Shown piece by piece: positions 1 through 9,705 of a DNA stretch of 64,000 nt (positions are counted from its first letter, which is position 1; every line of letters starts with the position of its first letter). Location: IMG/VR virus record IMGVR_UViG_3300028048_000042; one strand, written 5' to 3'. A model generated the notes under the pieces. The model was not told where the DNA came from, searched no databases, and saw only the letters and a program-made list of their open reading frames with translations. This stretch comes from a virus. Taxonomy: Duplodnaviria; Caudoviricetes. The position numbers and the translations under genes were made by a program.

Positions 1-32
1 TCCATACTTTATTATGAGAAAGAGGATAAAGA

Positions 33-212
33 ATGAAATGTGAAGATTGTACTGAGTGGGAATATTTTGATGGGTACGGATATGGATGCTTTTGCATGAA
101 AACAATGACACCTATTGATGCTAATAAGTGCGAATTTTTCGCAGAGAAAAGACCTGATATACCGCACTCATGGAAACCACCAAAGAATACTGTGACGAAA
201 ACAACAACTTAA
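33..212 (+). CDS. Small Cys-rich hypothetical protein (59 aa)
   Basis: GAGGA RBS, MKCEDC... ORF below the track cutoff, followed by a hairpin. Confidence 0.5.
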   Translation: MKCEDCTEWEYFDGYGYGCFCMKTMTPIDANKCEFFAEKRPDIPHSWKPPKNTVTKTTT

Positions 213-304
213 AATGAACAAAAAAAACCACTTCGATATTTCCAATTACGAAATACGAAGTGGTTTTTGTTTTAGTTTAATGACGTTGGATATAATGCTT
301 TTTT

Positions 305-595
305 TTAGTACAATGATAACCAACCTAATATTAACAAATCTTTAATTTCTTTTTTGTGGATAGTAATGATATTTTTATATATACTTTTACTAAAATGTTC
401 CTCTAATGAGTCAACAAACATATATTTTACAATTGATTCGTTTAACTCTGAGAATTTAACGTATTTATATATAGTTTTGGTTTCATCTTTTGTGTGAATT
501 CCGAAGTTAAAGTTAGTGCCATCTTTTTTAATTGAAAAGCGTATATCTTCTAATTGTAAAAACAATTGATTTTGTTTTTTAAATAAATAATACAA
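305..595 (-). CDS. Hypothetical protein
   Basis: 96-aa ORF with GGAGGGA RBS on the minus strand. Confidence 0.55.
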   Translation of the reverse strand: MYYLFKKQNQLFLQLEDIRFSIKKDGTNFNFGIHTKDETKTIYKYVKFSELNESIVKYMFVDSLEEHFSKSIYKNIITIHKKEIKDLLILGWLSLY

Positions 596-703
596 AAACT
601 TCCCTCCATTTCTATAATAATATTATACTTACGGAGGGAAGAAATTTATAAAAATTTCCATAAAAAATATTTGTTTTGTGAATTAAGATTAAGGGTGAAA
701 AAA

Positions 704-1171
704 ATGACTATAAGTGAACGTGTAAAATCGTTAGAAGAACAAGTTAAAAATAAGAATCTTGAATATATTGCAAGCCAAAGAAATCTTGTTGAAGCAATCA
801 CTTCTTTGAACAATTCTGTTAAGGAAATTTTTTCAATCAAGAATGCTTTGCAGATGGGGTTAAATCAAATTAAATTGTTATATTCTCATGTGGCTAAATT
901 TCAAGACTTCAATTTAAATACTGATAAAATAATCAAATCATTGATTGTGCATACAAAACAATTACAGCAAGAAAATAAAGAACTTAAACAAGAGTTGACA
1001 AAGGTTAAATCAGAATTAAAAACATTGACGGATGGGTATGAAATGGTGTCTGAACAAATTGCAATTTTGCATTTGCAAAAATCCAAAACAGAAACTGCTC
1101 CGAGAAGAAAAACAATTAAAAGCAGATTTCTTACCATTATGGAGAATGACACAAAACACCCAATTCAATAA
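704..1171 (+). CDS. Coiled-coil hypothetical protein
   Basis: Heptad-rich sequence; start moved to ATG 704. Confidence 0.65.
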   Translation: MTISERVKSLEEQVKNKNLEYIASQRNLVEAITSLNNSVKEIFSIKNALQMGLNQIKLLYSHVAKFQDFNLNTDKIIKSLIVHTKQLQQENKELKQELTKVKSELKTLTDGYEMVSEQIAILHLQKSKTETAPRRKTIKSRFLTIMENDTKHPIQ

Positions 1172-1185
1172 TAGAGGTGGTAAGA

Positions 1186-2292
1186 ATGTCTGTTTTACAA
1201 AGTAAAGATGTCGATTTGGTCATTGACAAAAATCGAAAAATAGATTTATATGACGAACAGATTTATGACAATAAGCAAAAGGCATCCCAAAATGAAACAA
1301 AAATTGGCAATATTTTGGGACGTTTACAAACAGTTGAAACGTTTATTAATAGCTTTGAAAATCGTGTAACTGTTATTGAAAAAGGAAGTTCAGGAACAGG
1401 CGTATCAAATACAGATTTTGCGAGATTGAAAAGTGATGTAAATAACAATATTTCTCCACAGGTTACAATTAATAAGAACGATATAGCTGACGTTAAAAAT
1501 CGTACTTCGAGATTGGAAAATAATTATACTGCTATGGATTCTACTGTTAGTGAGTTAGATACACAGGTTCAGAATTTGCAGACAAAGGTAAATTCGAATT
1601 CTCAAACTGACATTTCATCATTAAAAAATTCAATCACATCTTTAACAAATTCTCTTAATACTACAAATACCAACGTATCAAATCTTGAAACAAAAATTGA
1701 TTTGATAAGATTGAATAGCGGTGCTGACAATGATGATTTAAAAAACAGCATAAATAATGTTAAGACAGATGTGCAAGCCAATATTACCAAAATTTCTAGT
1801 TTGGAAACGACTTCGAATGCACATACAAATTCTATTAATTCATGTAGAAGTAGTATTAATTCAAATACAGAAAGCATTAAAGCGATTAATAGCCAATTAA
1901 CAACATTTGGTGATTCTGTTAATTCTGCAGCCGAAGGGGCAAAAAATGCAAATAATGCAATTACTTCTTTGAAGAATAACGAAATTAAAAATCACACAAA
2001 TCAAATTGCAGAAATAAAAGGTGATATGGCAAAAGTTAGAAACGCTTTAACTCCTAAAGTAACTCAGGTGACTGTTTCTGCAAATAATAGCCAAGCAATC
2101 ACTATGGAAGATGTAGACTTTTTTACAAAACAAATAACTATGTATTGCTTAGATTCGGAAGCAGGGTCAAGAACAAATGGTAAATGGCTTAATACAGAAG
2201 GTGTAGCTACTTTAGCTATTGAAAGTGAAACAAAACTTGTTATTTATAATGATTACGATACAGCACTTACTTTCAAAATCATTATTTTGTGA
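1186..2292 (+). CDS. Long coiled-coil protein with small C-terminal beta domain (possible virion fibre/fibritin-like)
   Basis: N/S/T-rich heptad repeats over ~290 aa, then a globular C-terminus; function inferred only from architecture. Confidence 0.5.
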   Translation: MSVLQSKDVDLVIDKNRKIDLYDEQIYDNKQKASQNETKIGNILGRLQTVETFINSFENRVTVIEKGSSGTGVSNTDFARLKSDVNNNISPQVTINKNDIADVKNRTSRLENNYTAMDSTVSELDTQVQNLQTKVNSNSQTDISSLKNSITSLTNSLNTTNTNVSNLETKIDLIRLNSGADNDDLKNSINNVKTDVQANITKISSLETTSNAHTNSINSCRSSINSNTESIKAINSQLTTFGDSVNSAAEGAKNANNAITSLKNNEIKNHTNQIAEIKGDMAKVRNALTPKVTQVTVSANNSQAITMEDVDFFTKQITMYCLDSEAGSRTNGKWLNTEGVATLAIESETKLVIYNDYDTALTFKIIIL

Positions 2293-2487
2293 CCCCCTAT
2301 GTGTAATTGATACAAATATTCACATCATACAAAACCACTTCATTTGAAGTGTTCATATAGATATTCCTAAATTATCAGAATATTTAGGAATTTAAAAAGC
2401 AGCACATTAAATGTGCTGCTTTTTCTTGAAAAATGTTTACTTTTGTGCTATAATAATACTATATTTTTGAGGAAAAGATGTGATAAT

Positions 2488-2805
2488 ATGAGAGTAAGTA
2501 AACATGCAACAAAACGCATTCATGAACGAATCAATATTCCTAAGTCTTCTGTGGATAGAATGGCAAAGAAAGCGATTGAAAAAGGTATTACTCACCAAGA
2601 AGCTACAGGGCATTTATGTAAGTACATGGATAAGCTATTCCTATCTCATAAAACAGCTTCTAATATCCGAGTATATAACCATAAATCATTTCTGTTTTCA
2701 AGTAATATGACATTGATTACAGTTCTTGAGTTGCCAAATAATTTGAAAAAGATTGCAGATAAGTTGAATGAAAGGAAAAAACGCAATGAGGTACAAGGTA
2801 ATTAA
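2488..2805 (+). CDS. Small basic protein, possible RelE/DUF4258-like fold
   Basis: N-terminal SKHATKRIHER and C-terminal LITV pattern; own sigmaA-like promoter. Confidence 0.4.
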   Translation: MRVSKHATKRIHERINIPKSSVDRMAKKAIEKGITHQEATGHLCKYMDKLFLSHKTASNIRVYNHKSFLFSSNMTLITVLELPNNLKKIADKLNERKKRNEVQGN

Positions 2806-3208
2806 AAATGGCAAACGTATTGTTCCTGAAAAATTGGATAACGATATGATTCTTCTGAAACATACCCATAACAATGTGGTGTATGCTAGACGTAGTGAAT
2901 GGGTAGCTGCAAAGATTAACAAGACGGTTAATCGTCAGGTAATGCTTCAGAATGCACAGAGGTTCAGCACAAAGAAAATTCCTAAATTCACAAAGAAGGA
3001 AAAGGAAATTCTTATCAAGAATACAATCAAATGCTTTATTAAATTTGCTGAAGCATTTGAGAACAAGAATAAGATTATTTCTTCTGCCATGTTTGGCGAA
3101 ATTGTAAAAGACATTAAATCTCAGAACAATTATGGTTTGCAGATTTATGGTCATATGACAGAGGAACAGTACAAAGGACTTCTTCAGGAGATTAGCTTGT
3201 TGGTATGA
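2786..3208 (+). CDS. Hypothetical basic protein
   Basis: ORF overlapping neighbours in an operon-like arrangement. Confidence 0.65.
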   Translation: MRYKVIKNGKRIVPEKLDNDMILLKHTHNNVVYARRSEWVAAKINKTVNRQVMLQNAQRFSTKKIPKFTKKEKEILIKNTIKCFIKFAEAFENKNKIISSAMFGEIVKDIKSQNNYGLQIYGHMTEEQYKGLLQEISLLV

Positions 3209-3609
3209 CGGATAAAGAGAAACGATTTATGAGCGTTGCCAAAAGCGTTTCTAAGACTTCTAACCATAAACGTATTAAAATTGGTGCTGTTGTTGCTAAT
3301 AGAAAACAAATTATTTCTGTAGGGGCGAATGAGCAAAAAACTCACCCCTTACAGAAACAATACAACGCTTATGTTCCTTATGGACATGACGATAGCTTAA
3401 AACACTGCAAACATGCTGAAATATCATGTATTATTAATGCCAAACATGATTTACATGATTGTACTATGTATATTTACCGTGAAGACAAAAATGGAAATTT
3501 AAGCATGTGCAGACCATGCAATGCTTGTTATAATATGATTAGAGATGCAGGTATTACGAATATAGTCTATACAATACCTAATGGTTATGCGAGGGAAAAG
3601 ATAACATGA
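3205..3609 (+). CDS. Zinc-dependent cytidine/deoxycytidylate deaminase family protein
   Basis: IGAVV, HAE and PCxxC (CRPCNAC) motifs. Confidence 0.88.
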   Translation: MTDKEKRFMSVAKSVSKTSNHKRIKIGAVVANRKQIISVGANEQKTHPLQKQYNAYVPYGHDDSLKHCKHAEISCIINAKHDLHDCTMYIYREDKNGNLSMCRPCNACYNMIRDAGITNIVYTIPNGYAREKIT

Positions 3610-4406
3610 AACGACTGATACAAATTGCAAGTAATGAGTTGGATGGGATGGAAGTCGCTGATTATTTCAATTCTTTGTTTAAGGATGTAAAAAAAATTCT
3701 TGAACAAGGCTTGAATTTGTCAGAAAACGATTTTGATAACAATTTAAATAAATATACTAAATTTAACAATTGTAGTTTGGAAGATTTCTTCAAATTAATT
3801 GATGGTAGTCCTCTTATGACTGAAATTGTTAATGAATTCAATTGCCCTTATGACGTTATTACACGATTTGTATTGAATGATGCTATTTGCGAAAATGGTT
3901 GTAGACAATGGTTGAAGGATTTTATGCGTAAAATCCATAATGACCCCCATTTGACAGAACAATATAAAGGATTCGGTAATTCTGTAGAAGTGATTTCGAG
4001 TGCAAAGGAATTGCTTGATATTAAAGATAAAATTGGGGATGTAACAAAACTAAAGAATTTCATTGATTTTAATAATCGTGACAAAGGTTGGCTTATTATT
4101 TATCCTAATGTTTTTCTTGAAACTAAAAATGGCGAATCTCATACAGATTGCTTGCATCGTTGGTGCAAAGAAAACAATATTGATTTTTCTTCTGATAAAA
4201 CCAAAGAACGTTTATCAAAAGACGAATTGAAAAATATTGATATAAATAAATGTTCTATGGGACATATTGTTGATAATATGGCATTTATTGAAGATATAGG
4301 CATGGGAATTACCATTCAAGAAAGTCTTAAAGTGCTTGAAAAACATAACTTTAAGAAAGTCTATGAATATATTGAAAAAGAAAAACTTGTACGGAGATTA
4401 AAATAA
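3606..4406 (+). CDS. Hypothetical protein
   Basis: 266-aa ORF with ATGA overlap. Confidence 0.7.
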   Translation: MKRLIQIASNELDGMEVADYFNSLFKDVKKILEQGLNLSENDFDNNLNKYTKFNNCSLEDFFKLIDGSPLMTEIVNEFNCPYDVITRFVLNDAICENGCRQWLKDFMRKIHNDPHLTEQYKGFGNSVEVISSAKELLDIKDKIGDVTKLKNFIDFNNRDKGWLIIYPNVFLETKNGESHTDCLHRWCKENNIDFSSDKTKERLSKDELKNIDINKCSMGHIVDNMAFIEDIGMGITIQESLKVLEKHNFKKVYEYIEKEKLVRRLK

Positions 4407-4588
4407 TGAATAATGAAAAGAAAATTACAGTAACAATTTCAAATAGCGTAAGCAAATTTAAGTTTAAATTTCGCAGCAACCAATTGATATTGTCACCTTT
4501 TTTGTTTGTAGAATTGACAAAACCACAAAAAAAATTGTATGCAGAAAATTTGGTGCAAAAATTAGTAAAACGAATAATTGATATTTAA
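4406..4588 (+). CDS. Hypothetical protein
   Basis: 60-aa ORF, TAATG coupling, followed by a hairpin. Confidence 0.5.
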   Translation: MNNEKKITVTISNSVSKFKFKFRSNQLILSPFLFVELTKPQKKLYAENLVQKLVKRIIDI

Positions 4589-4667
4589 AAAAAAGATACC
4601 CCCCTCCCTGAAAATCAGGTGAGTTATTGGGGTATCTTTTTTGTATCAAATAAAGAGTCTGTAAAAT

Positions 4668-4925
4668 TTAAGCCAATTTGTGCTTCTTCAGGACACGCAT
4701 TACAATGTGGCTGTTATTTAAGTATGCTCTTGAATCTGATGGTGTTAAACCAACAAATATTTTTTCAGGGCATCCTTTGTACTGTAGAGCCATATGTTTT
4801 CTTGTGCAATCTATTTGGAATCCTATTTTGTTCATTTTTCGTTCAAAACGAGAGAATGAATGTATTCCTTTGTACATCTTAAAGCATTCAGCAATTTCGG
4901 ACTGTAAGTTGGATATTTTGCTCAT
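4668..4925 (-). CDS. HicA-like (dsRBD-fold) small protein
   Basis: GFxx..TRKH...TPSDSRAYLN pattern typical of phage HicA-like proteins; AAAGGAG RBS and own divergent promoter. Confidence 0.55.
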   Translation of the reverse strand: MSKISNLQSEIAECFKMYKGIHSFSRFERKMNKIGFQIDCTRKHMALQYKGCPEKIFVGLTPSDSRAYLNNSHIVMRVLKKHKLA

Positions 4926-5088
4926 TTTTAAATCTCCTTTACAATTCAGCGTTTTTTACTTACAAGCTTATTATAACACGTTTGGTTAAGAAAGTCAAAC
5001 AAAATTATACAAAAAAAATATTGACAAAACTATATTCCTGTGCTACCATAAAAATAACAAATTAATTCAAAAGAAGGAGAAAGTTAAA

Positions 5089-6000
5089 ATGAATGAAATT
5101 TTGTTAAGAACTGAACAAGAAATTGATTTAGATAATAAAACTCAGCATGTTTACGAAAATATAATTAAGGCAATTGAGTTGAAAGGTGATTGGGTAAAAC
5201 TCAATTGGAATGCGGTAAACCTGTCACTTAAAGAACAATTTTGGATTAGACAAAAATTGCAGAAGCATGACAATATCATTGTTCGACTTGGAGAATACGA
5301 TAAGAACAAGTTTTCTATTCCACCATTCTCTGTTCCTTTACTATATAAGTATGTGACGGAAGAAGAAAAAAAATCTAAAAGATATGAAGCATTCTGTTAT
5401 CGAAATTTATTGGGTGAATCAAAAGAATATATCACTCATAAGTTGGACACCTCCAAAATTAAACCATTTTCTCATGTTGCAAGTATTCTTGCTGTATGCG
5501 AAAAACTTCTTACTAAACCGAATTGGGCTAGTCCTGTGGCGTTTAATAAATTCGGTTTTGAATTAGGTTTATATGAATCAGAAACTAAGCAGGTTTTTGA
5601 AGATTTAAAAAATGCAGGCGTAATTACATACAAAATCGAAAAGGTGAAAAATGCACGGCGTGGAGGAAAAACAGGCGCACGAGTAATTTATAGTTTCAAT
5701 GATTCTTCTGATGTAGATAAAGAATCTACAAACCTTTCTTCTTGTCAAAACGAAGAAACTGAAAACACATTTACAGAGACAAAGGATATGACACAAACAA
5801 AGACTGACGAGGTAAATGTCCCAACAACCTTTAAGGAACTTTTGCAGAAACAGCAAGCAGAATTAATGAGTTATTTTGAAGGAAAAGAACGTTATCTGAA
5901 AAAGAAAGAAATGGAATTGAAAAAGAAAGAAGCTGAACTGATAGAAAAAGAAGCAAAATTGGGTGCAATTTCTAAAATTATAAAAGAAGTTGTAGAATGA
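5089..6000 (+). CDS. Hypothetical protein, possible winged-helix plus C-terminal coiled coil
   Basis: FEDLKNAGVITY wHTH-like segment; promoter TTGACA 5021, RBS AAGGAG, terminator after stop. Confidence 0.6.
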   Translation: MNEILLRTEQEIDLDNKTQHVYENIIKAIELKGDWVKLNWNAVNLSLKEQFWIRQKLQKHDNIIVRLGEYDKNKFSIPPFSVPLLYKYVTEEEKKSKRYEAFCYRNLLGESKEYITHKLDTSKIKPFSHVASILAVCEKLLTKPNWASPVAFNKFGFELGLYESETKQVFEDLKNAGVITYKIEKVKNARRGGKTGARVIYSFNDSSDVDKESTNLSSCQNEETENTFTETKDMTQTKTDEVNVPTTFKELLQKQQAELMSYFEGKERYLKKKEMELKKKEAELIEKEAKLGAISKIIKEVVE

Positions 6001-6185
6001 ATACCTACCTCCCTACAAAACGTTTATGATTTTGTAGGGAGGTATTTTGCTGTAATTAAAGTGGGTGAAAAACACCCACCCCCCATACCCCCATTCATGA
6101 CCCCCCTATAGACCCCATACCTACTTTTGGAGTGGAGAGAAATGAGTGTTTTTCAAGAGTGCATATAAAGAGTTTATATATTGTG

Positions 6186-6290
6186 AATTGTCAGAAAATT
6201 TAGGAATTTTATCATATGAATTTTCTGACAATTAATTTTCTGAAAATTTAGGAATTTATTTAAAAGAATTTTCAGAAAATTTAGGAATTT
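6186..6290. promoter_or_regulatory. Cluster of four CodY-like boxes upstream of the RNA ligase promoter
   Basis: AATTGTCAGAAAATT 6186-6200, AATTTTCTGACAATT 6219-6233, and perfect consensus AATTTTCTGAAAATT 6234-6248 and AATTTTCAGAAAATT 6267-6281; three are followed by TAGGAATTT. Confidence 0.75.
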
Positions 6291-6399
6291 ATTCAATCAA
6301 AATGCCGAAAAATAATTCGTTAAAATGGTAAATTTACTTGCTTTTTGAGATGTAAAATGTTATAATAAAATTAAATATGAAATGATGGAGGTAATAAAC

Positions 6400-7593
6400 G
6401 TGATAGATATTCAAAAATTTGTTATTGAAATAAAACAAAAATATATCGAGCAAACAAATGATACAGAATGTGTTGATTTAAAAAAAATGATTACTGTATT
6501 AGATACAGATTTGTATAATTGGTTTGACCAATGTACAGTTATTGTTCAGAGAGGAGTTTATGCGTTAATTACTTATTCCCTTATAAAAGGTGGCGAAACT
6601 GACCTCTTTTCAAATCCGAACTCAATTCTTAGAAATTGTCGTGGTACAGTTATCAACATGCAGACTTGTGAACTTGTTTTGTTACCGTTCCAAAAATTCT
6701 TCAATATCAATGAAATTGAAGAATGTTCGATGGAAGTTGTAATAGAAAAAATAAAACACGCAAAAATCATTGAAATTACTGACAAGCTAGATGGTTCTAT
6801 GATTGCCATGCGTTATTACAACGATGGTATTTTTGTTGGCTCAACAGGTTCTTTGTCTGAAAGAAAAAATCCACGTTTGAAAATTTGTCGCAAATTTATT
6901 ACAGATGGTCACAAAAAAATGTTTATGGATAATTCCGATTGGACATTTATGTTTGAATGCATCTTGTTTAAATTTCCGCAGATTGTGGAATATCCAAAAG
7001 AAAAAGATGGAATTTATCTAATCGGTGCTAGGAATATTCATACAGGCGAAACATTACCTTATTATAAGTTGAAGGAATTGGCTGAAAAATATCAAATTCC
7101 CATGACGGAAATTGATACACATTCTTTAAGTGAAATTTTGACTATGCGAAATAATTATAAAGCTAATCAAAAAGAAGGTTGGGTTATTCGTGTAGATGAT
7201 ACCTTATATAAGATGAAATGTGATGATTACTTAGAAATGAATAAACTGTTAGGCACTTCACCTAACGTCATTTTACGTGCATGGTTGGCAGGTGTATTAG
7301 ATGATGCAAAAGCTTACTATACAAATCCTTATATGATTGAGTATATTGAAAGTTTTGAACGTATGTTCCAAAAGTTTGCTGATATAAATGCTCAGATTGT
7401 TAATCAATATTATGAACAATTCAAACACATTAAAGATATTAAGGATTTTGCTATTGCTGTTAAACAGTCAAAAATTCCGAAGAAATACAAAAGTTTTGTA
7501 ATGAATAAGCGAAATGGTATTGACAACTATTATTTTCACAGAGTGCGTTACCAAAAGATTGTTGATTTTTTGAACGAGCATAAAGATTATTAA
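6400..7593 (+). CDS. T4 Rnl1 (RnlA)-family RNA ligase
   Basis: KFFN, motif I TDKLDGSMI, FE, EGWVI and YKMK nucleotidyltransferase motifs; GGAGG RBS before GTG 6400; promoter TTGCTT 6338/TATAAT 6361. Confidence 0.88.
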   Translation: MIDIQKFVIEIKQKYIEQTNDTECVDLKKMITVLDTDLYNWFDQCTVIVQRGVYALITYSLIKGGETDLFSNPNSILRNCRGTVINMQTCELVLLPFQKFFNINEIEECSMEVVIEKIKHAKIIEITDKLDGSMIAMRYYNDGIFVGSTGSLSERKNPRLKICRKFITDGHKKMFMDNSDWTFMFECILFKFPQIVEYPKEKDGIYLIGARNIHTGETLPYYKLKELAEKYQIPMTEIDTHSLSEILTMRNNYKANQKEGWVIRVDDTLYKMKCDDYLEMNKLLGTSPNVILRAWLAGVLDDAKAYYTNPYMIEYIESFERMFQKFADINAQIVNQYYEQFKHIKDIKDFAIAVKQSKIPKKYKSFVMNKRNGIDNYYFHRVRYQKIVDFLNEHKDY

Positions 7594-7708
7594 TGTAGCT
7601 AAAAGCAAGCAACACACTTTGTTGTTTGCTTTTTTTTCAAATTAGGTATTGACAAACGCGCAAAAATGATGTAAAGTATAGGTACAACAGAAATAGGAGG
7701 TTTTCAAT

Positions 7709-7999
7709 ATGAAAGACGGAATTTACACACTTGACCACTTTTATGATGTGCTCAGAGATGAAATGGGTGAAGATTATTGCGAATTGTTGCAAGAACTTGT
7801 TGAACGAAAAATAGCCGAAGAAATAGAACCACTTCAAAACAATATTGATATTCTATCAAAAGGTTTTGATGAATACCAACGAGAAACAAATGCACTAGAG
7901 GATTTGAAAAATTTAAAGATGTCTATCACAACAAAATTGAATAACAAAATTTACGAAAAAATGTTCAAACCGAATTACAGTGCGGAGGTGGGAGAATGA
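7709..7999 (+). CDS. Hypothetical protein
   Basis: Promoter and AGGAGG RBS. Confidence 0.75.
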   Translation: MKDGIYTLDHFYDVLRDEMGEDYCELLQELVERKIAEEIEPLQNNIDILSKGFDEYQRETNALEDLKNLKMSITTKLNNKIYEKMFKPNYSAEVGE

Positions 8000-8406
8000 A
8001 TTTCACTACACCACCAAAAGATGACATGAACGAATTATGTAATGCATGTATTTTTCTGTATAAAGATTTCCAAACTCAGATTCGAGAGAAAATAATCCTT
8101 CATGACATTCAAAATTTGGGAATTTTCGAAGATGTGCACCAAGCACAAGAGTTTACAGAGAATGTAGATTGGGAACTATTCAAAGCACTTGCGTGCGAAT
8201 TGGTTCAGAAATATAATTCGGTTCACAATTCAAAATATGATGATTTTACAGCGATTATCATCACAAAGGAATGCCAAAAAGAAAAGGATTGGGATGAATG
8301 CTTTTTCTTAGGGAAGCAAATGGTTGAGAACAAAAACAATGTGCTAGAACAAAAAATTGATAGTATGGATATTTTCAAAGCACAAACTCAAATACATGAA
8401 GCTTAA
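7996..8406 (+). CDS. Hypothetical protein
   Basis: ATGA overlap; terminator follows. Confidence 0.7.
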   Translation: MNFTTPPKDDMNELCNACIFLYKDFQTQIREKIILHDIQNLGIFEDVHQAQEFTENVDWELFKALACELVQKYNSVHNSKYDDFTAIIITKECQKEKDWDECFFLGKQMVENKNNVLEQKIDSMDIFKAQTQIHEA

Positions 8407-8408
8407 TG

Positions 8409-8433
8409 AGCAGGGGATTTCCCCTGCTTTTTT
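8409..8433 (+). terminator. Intrinsic terminator (representative of a RCAGGG-loop-CCCTGY-T family found after most units)
   Basis: AGCAGGGG-ATTT-CCCCTGCT-TTTTT; close relatives after 14300, 31493, 40910, 43200, 45114, 53356, 63147 and others. Confidence 0.9.
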
Positions 8434-8517
8434 ATCCACGTACATTTTTTAAATTCCTAAATTTTCAGATTATTTAGGAATTTAAAAAACACAAACTATA
8501 AAAAATCAAAAAAAGTA

Positions 8518-8546
8518 TTGACATGCAAAAAGCAAAGTATTATAAT
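8518..8546 (+). promoter_or_regulatory. sigmaA-type promoter (representative of dozens in the window)
   Basis: TTGACA-17bp-TATAAT with upstream A-tract (AAAAAAGTATTGACA recurs throughout). Confidence 0.9.
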
Positions 8547-8596
8547 GTATATAACAAATGAATTCAACGAACAAAAACAGAAAGGTGTGTTTTAAA

Positions 8597-8812
8597 ATGA
8601 CAAAGGAACAGATTATTGAGAAAATCAAAAATTACATTGATGAAAAGGGGATTGAGTTTACAGGTGAATTGACTGAAGATGATTGGAATGAAATGGCTGA
8701 CGAAATAGAAAGCATTGCAGAACACAATTATCGTAGTGGGAAAGGTTATTTTATCGGTAGTGACGATATTGAAAACATGTTGTATACATGGTATTCAGAC
8801 ATAATGTGGTAA
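8597..8812 (+). CDS. Small acidic hypothetical protein
   Basis: AAAGGTG RBS, promoter upstream. Confidence 0.7.
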   Translation: MTKEQIIEKIKNYIDEKGIEFTGELTEDDWNEMADEIESIAEHNYRSGKGYFIGSDDIENMLYTWYSDIMW

Positions 8813-8893
8813 AAAAAAGTATTGACATAATACAATATATGTGATATACTTAATTCATAAGTTAAAGATGTTTTCCAAAAGGAGGAAATTAAA

Positions 8894-9448
8894 ATGGGTT
8901 GGACAGGAACAAGAAATTATTATGGTTCGATTGATGATTTTTTTGAAAATGAATTCAAATCAATCAAATGGGTTGGCAAAGGTGCATTAGTCAAACTCAA
9001 AGAATATTATCGGTGTGCGGAAAATGAAGATGGCAGACGTTGGGTTTTTGTCGCATTGATGGATTTTCACAAAGCAGATGGTTGTGATATTTTCTATAAG
9101 GATATGGACGAAAGCATGAATCCTTTTTACTATAACTGCCCTGCAAGAATTTTGGAACTTGCAGAAAAGAGTGAACCTATAAACGAATGCGCAAAAGAAT
9201 GGCGAAAAAAGGTTCGGAAAACACTTTCCAATAAAGAAAAAGCAAAATCCTTAGAGGTTGGTACAGTTATCAAATTCCCAAGAACATTCAGATTTAGTCG
9301 AGCAGGTGAACACGATACTTTTGTGGTATGTTTGAATCCTTACCGTTACGCAAAGCGAAAAACTTTATGGTTGAAAACCACGAATGGTTATTATGTAAGC
9401 ATTACAAATTGGAGAGCAATGGATTTTCAGATTGTAGGTAAACAGTGA
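8894..9448 (+). CDS. DUF6927-like phage/plasmid protein
   Basis: MGWT start and YKDMDESMNPFYYNCP motif, recognised from memory of the family. Confidence 0.6.
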   Translation: MGWTGTRNYYGSIDDFFENEFKSIKWVGKGALVKLKEYYRCAENEDGRRWVFVALMDFHKADGCDIFYKDMDESMNPFYYNCPARILELAEKSEPINECAKEWRKKVRKTLSNKEKAKSLEVGTVIKFPRTFRFSRAGEHDTFVVCLNPYRYAKRKTLWLKTTNGYYVSITNWRAMDFQIVGKQ

Positions 9449-9494
9449 TGATTAGGGGGAGGTGGTAAAACACCTCCCCATTGGAGGTATTAGT

Positions 9495-9692
9495 ATGAAA
9501 GAACTTGATAAAACAATTAAAACGTTAGAAAATAAAATCTCAAAGGCAGAAAAAGAATTAAATATTTTAAATTATTATCTCAACAAGCAGTTGACAGAAA
9601 AGAAAATTTCAAAGATTGATTTTCGCAGAAATAGAAACGAAACTATTGAATTGCAAAAGAAATTTATGAAAGAACACAATATCACAGTATAA
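9495..9692 (+). CDS. Small coiled-coil protein
   Basis: GGAGG RBS. Confidence 0.6.
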   Translation: MKELDKTIKTLENKISKAEKELNILNYYLNKQLTEKKISKIDFRRNRNETIELQKKFMKEHNITV

Positions 9693-9705
9693 GGGGTTGA
9701 TTATC

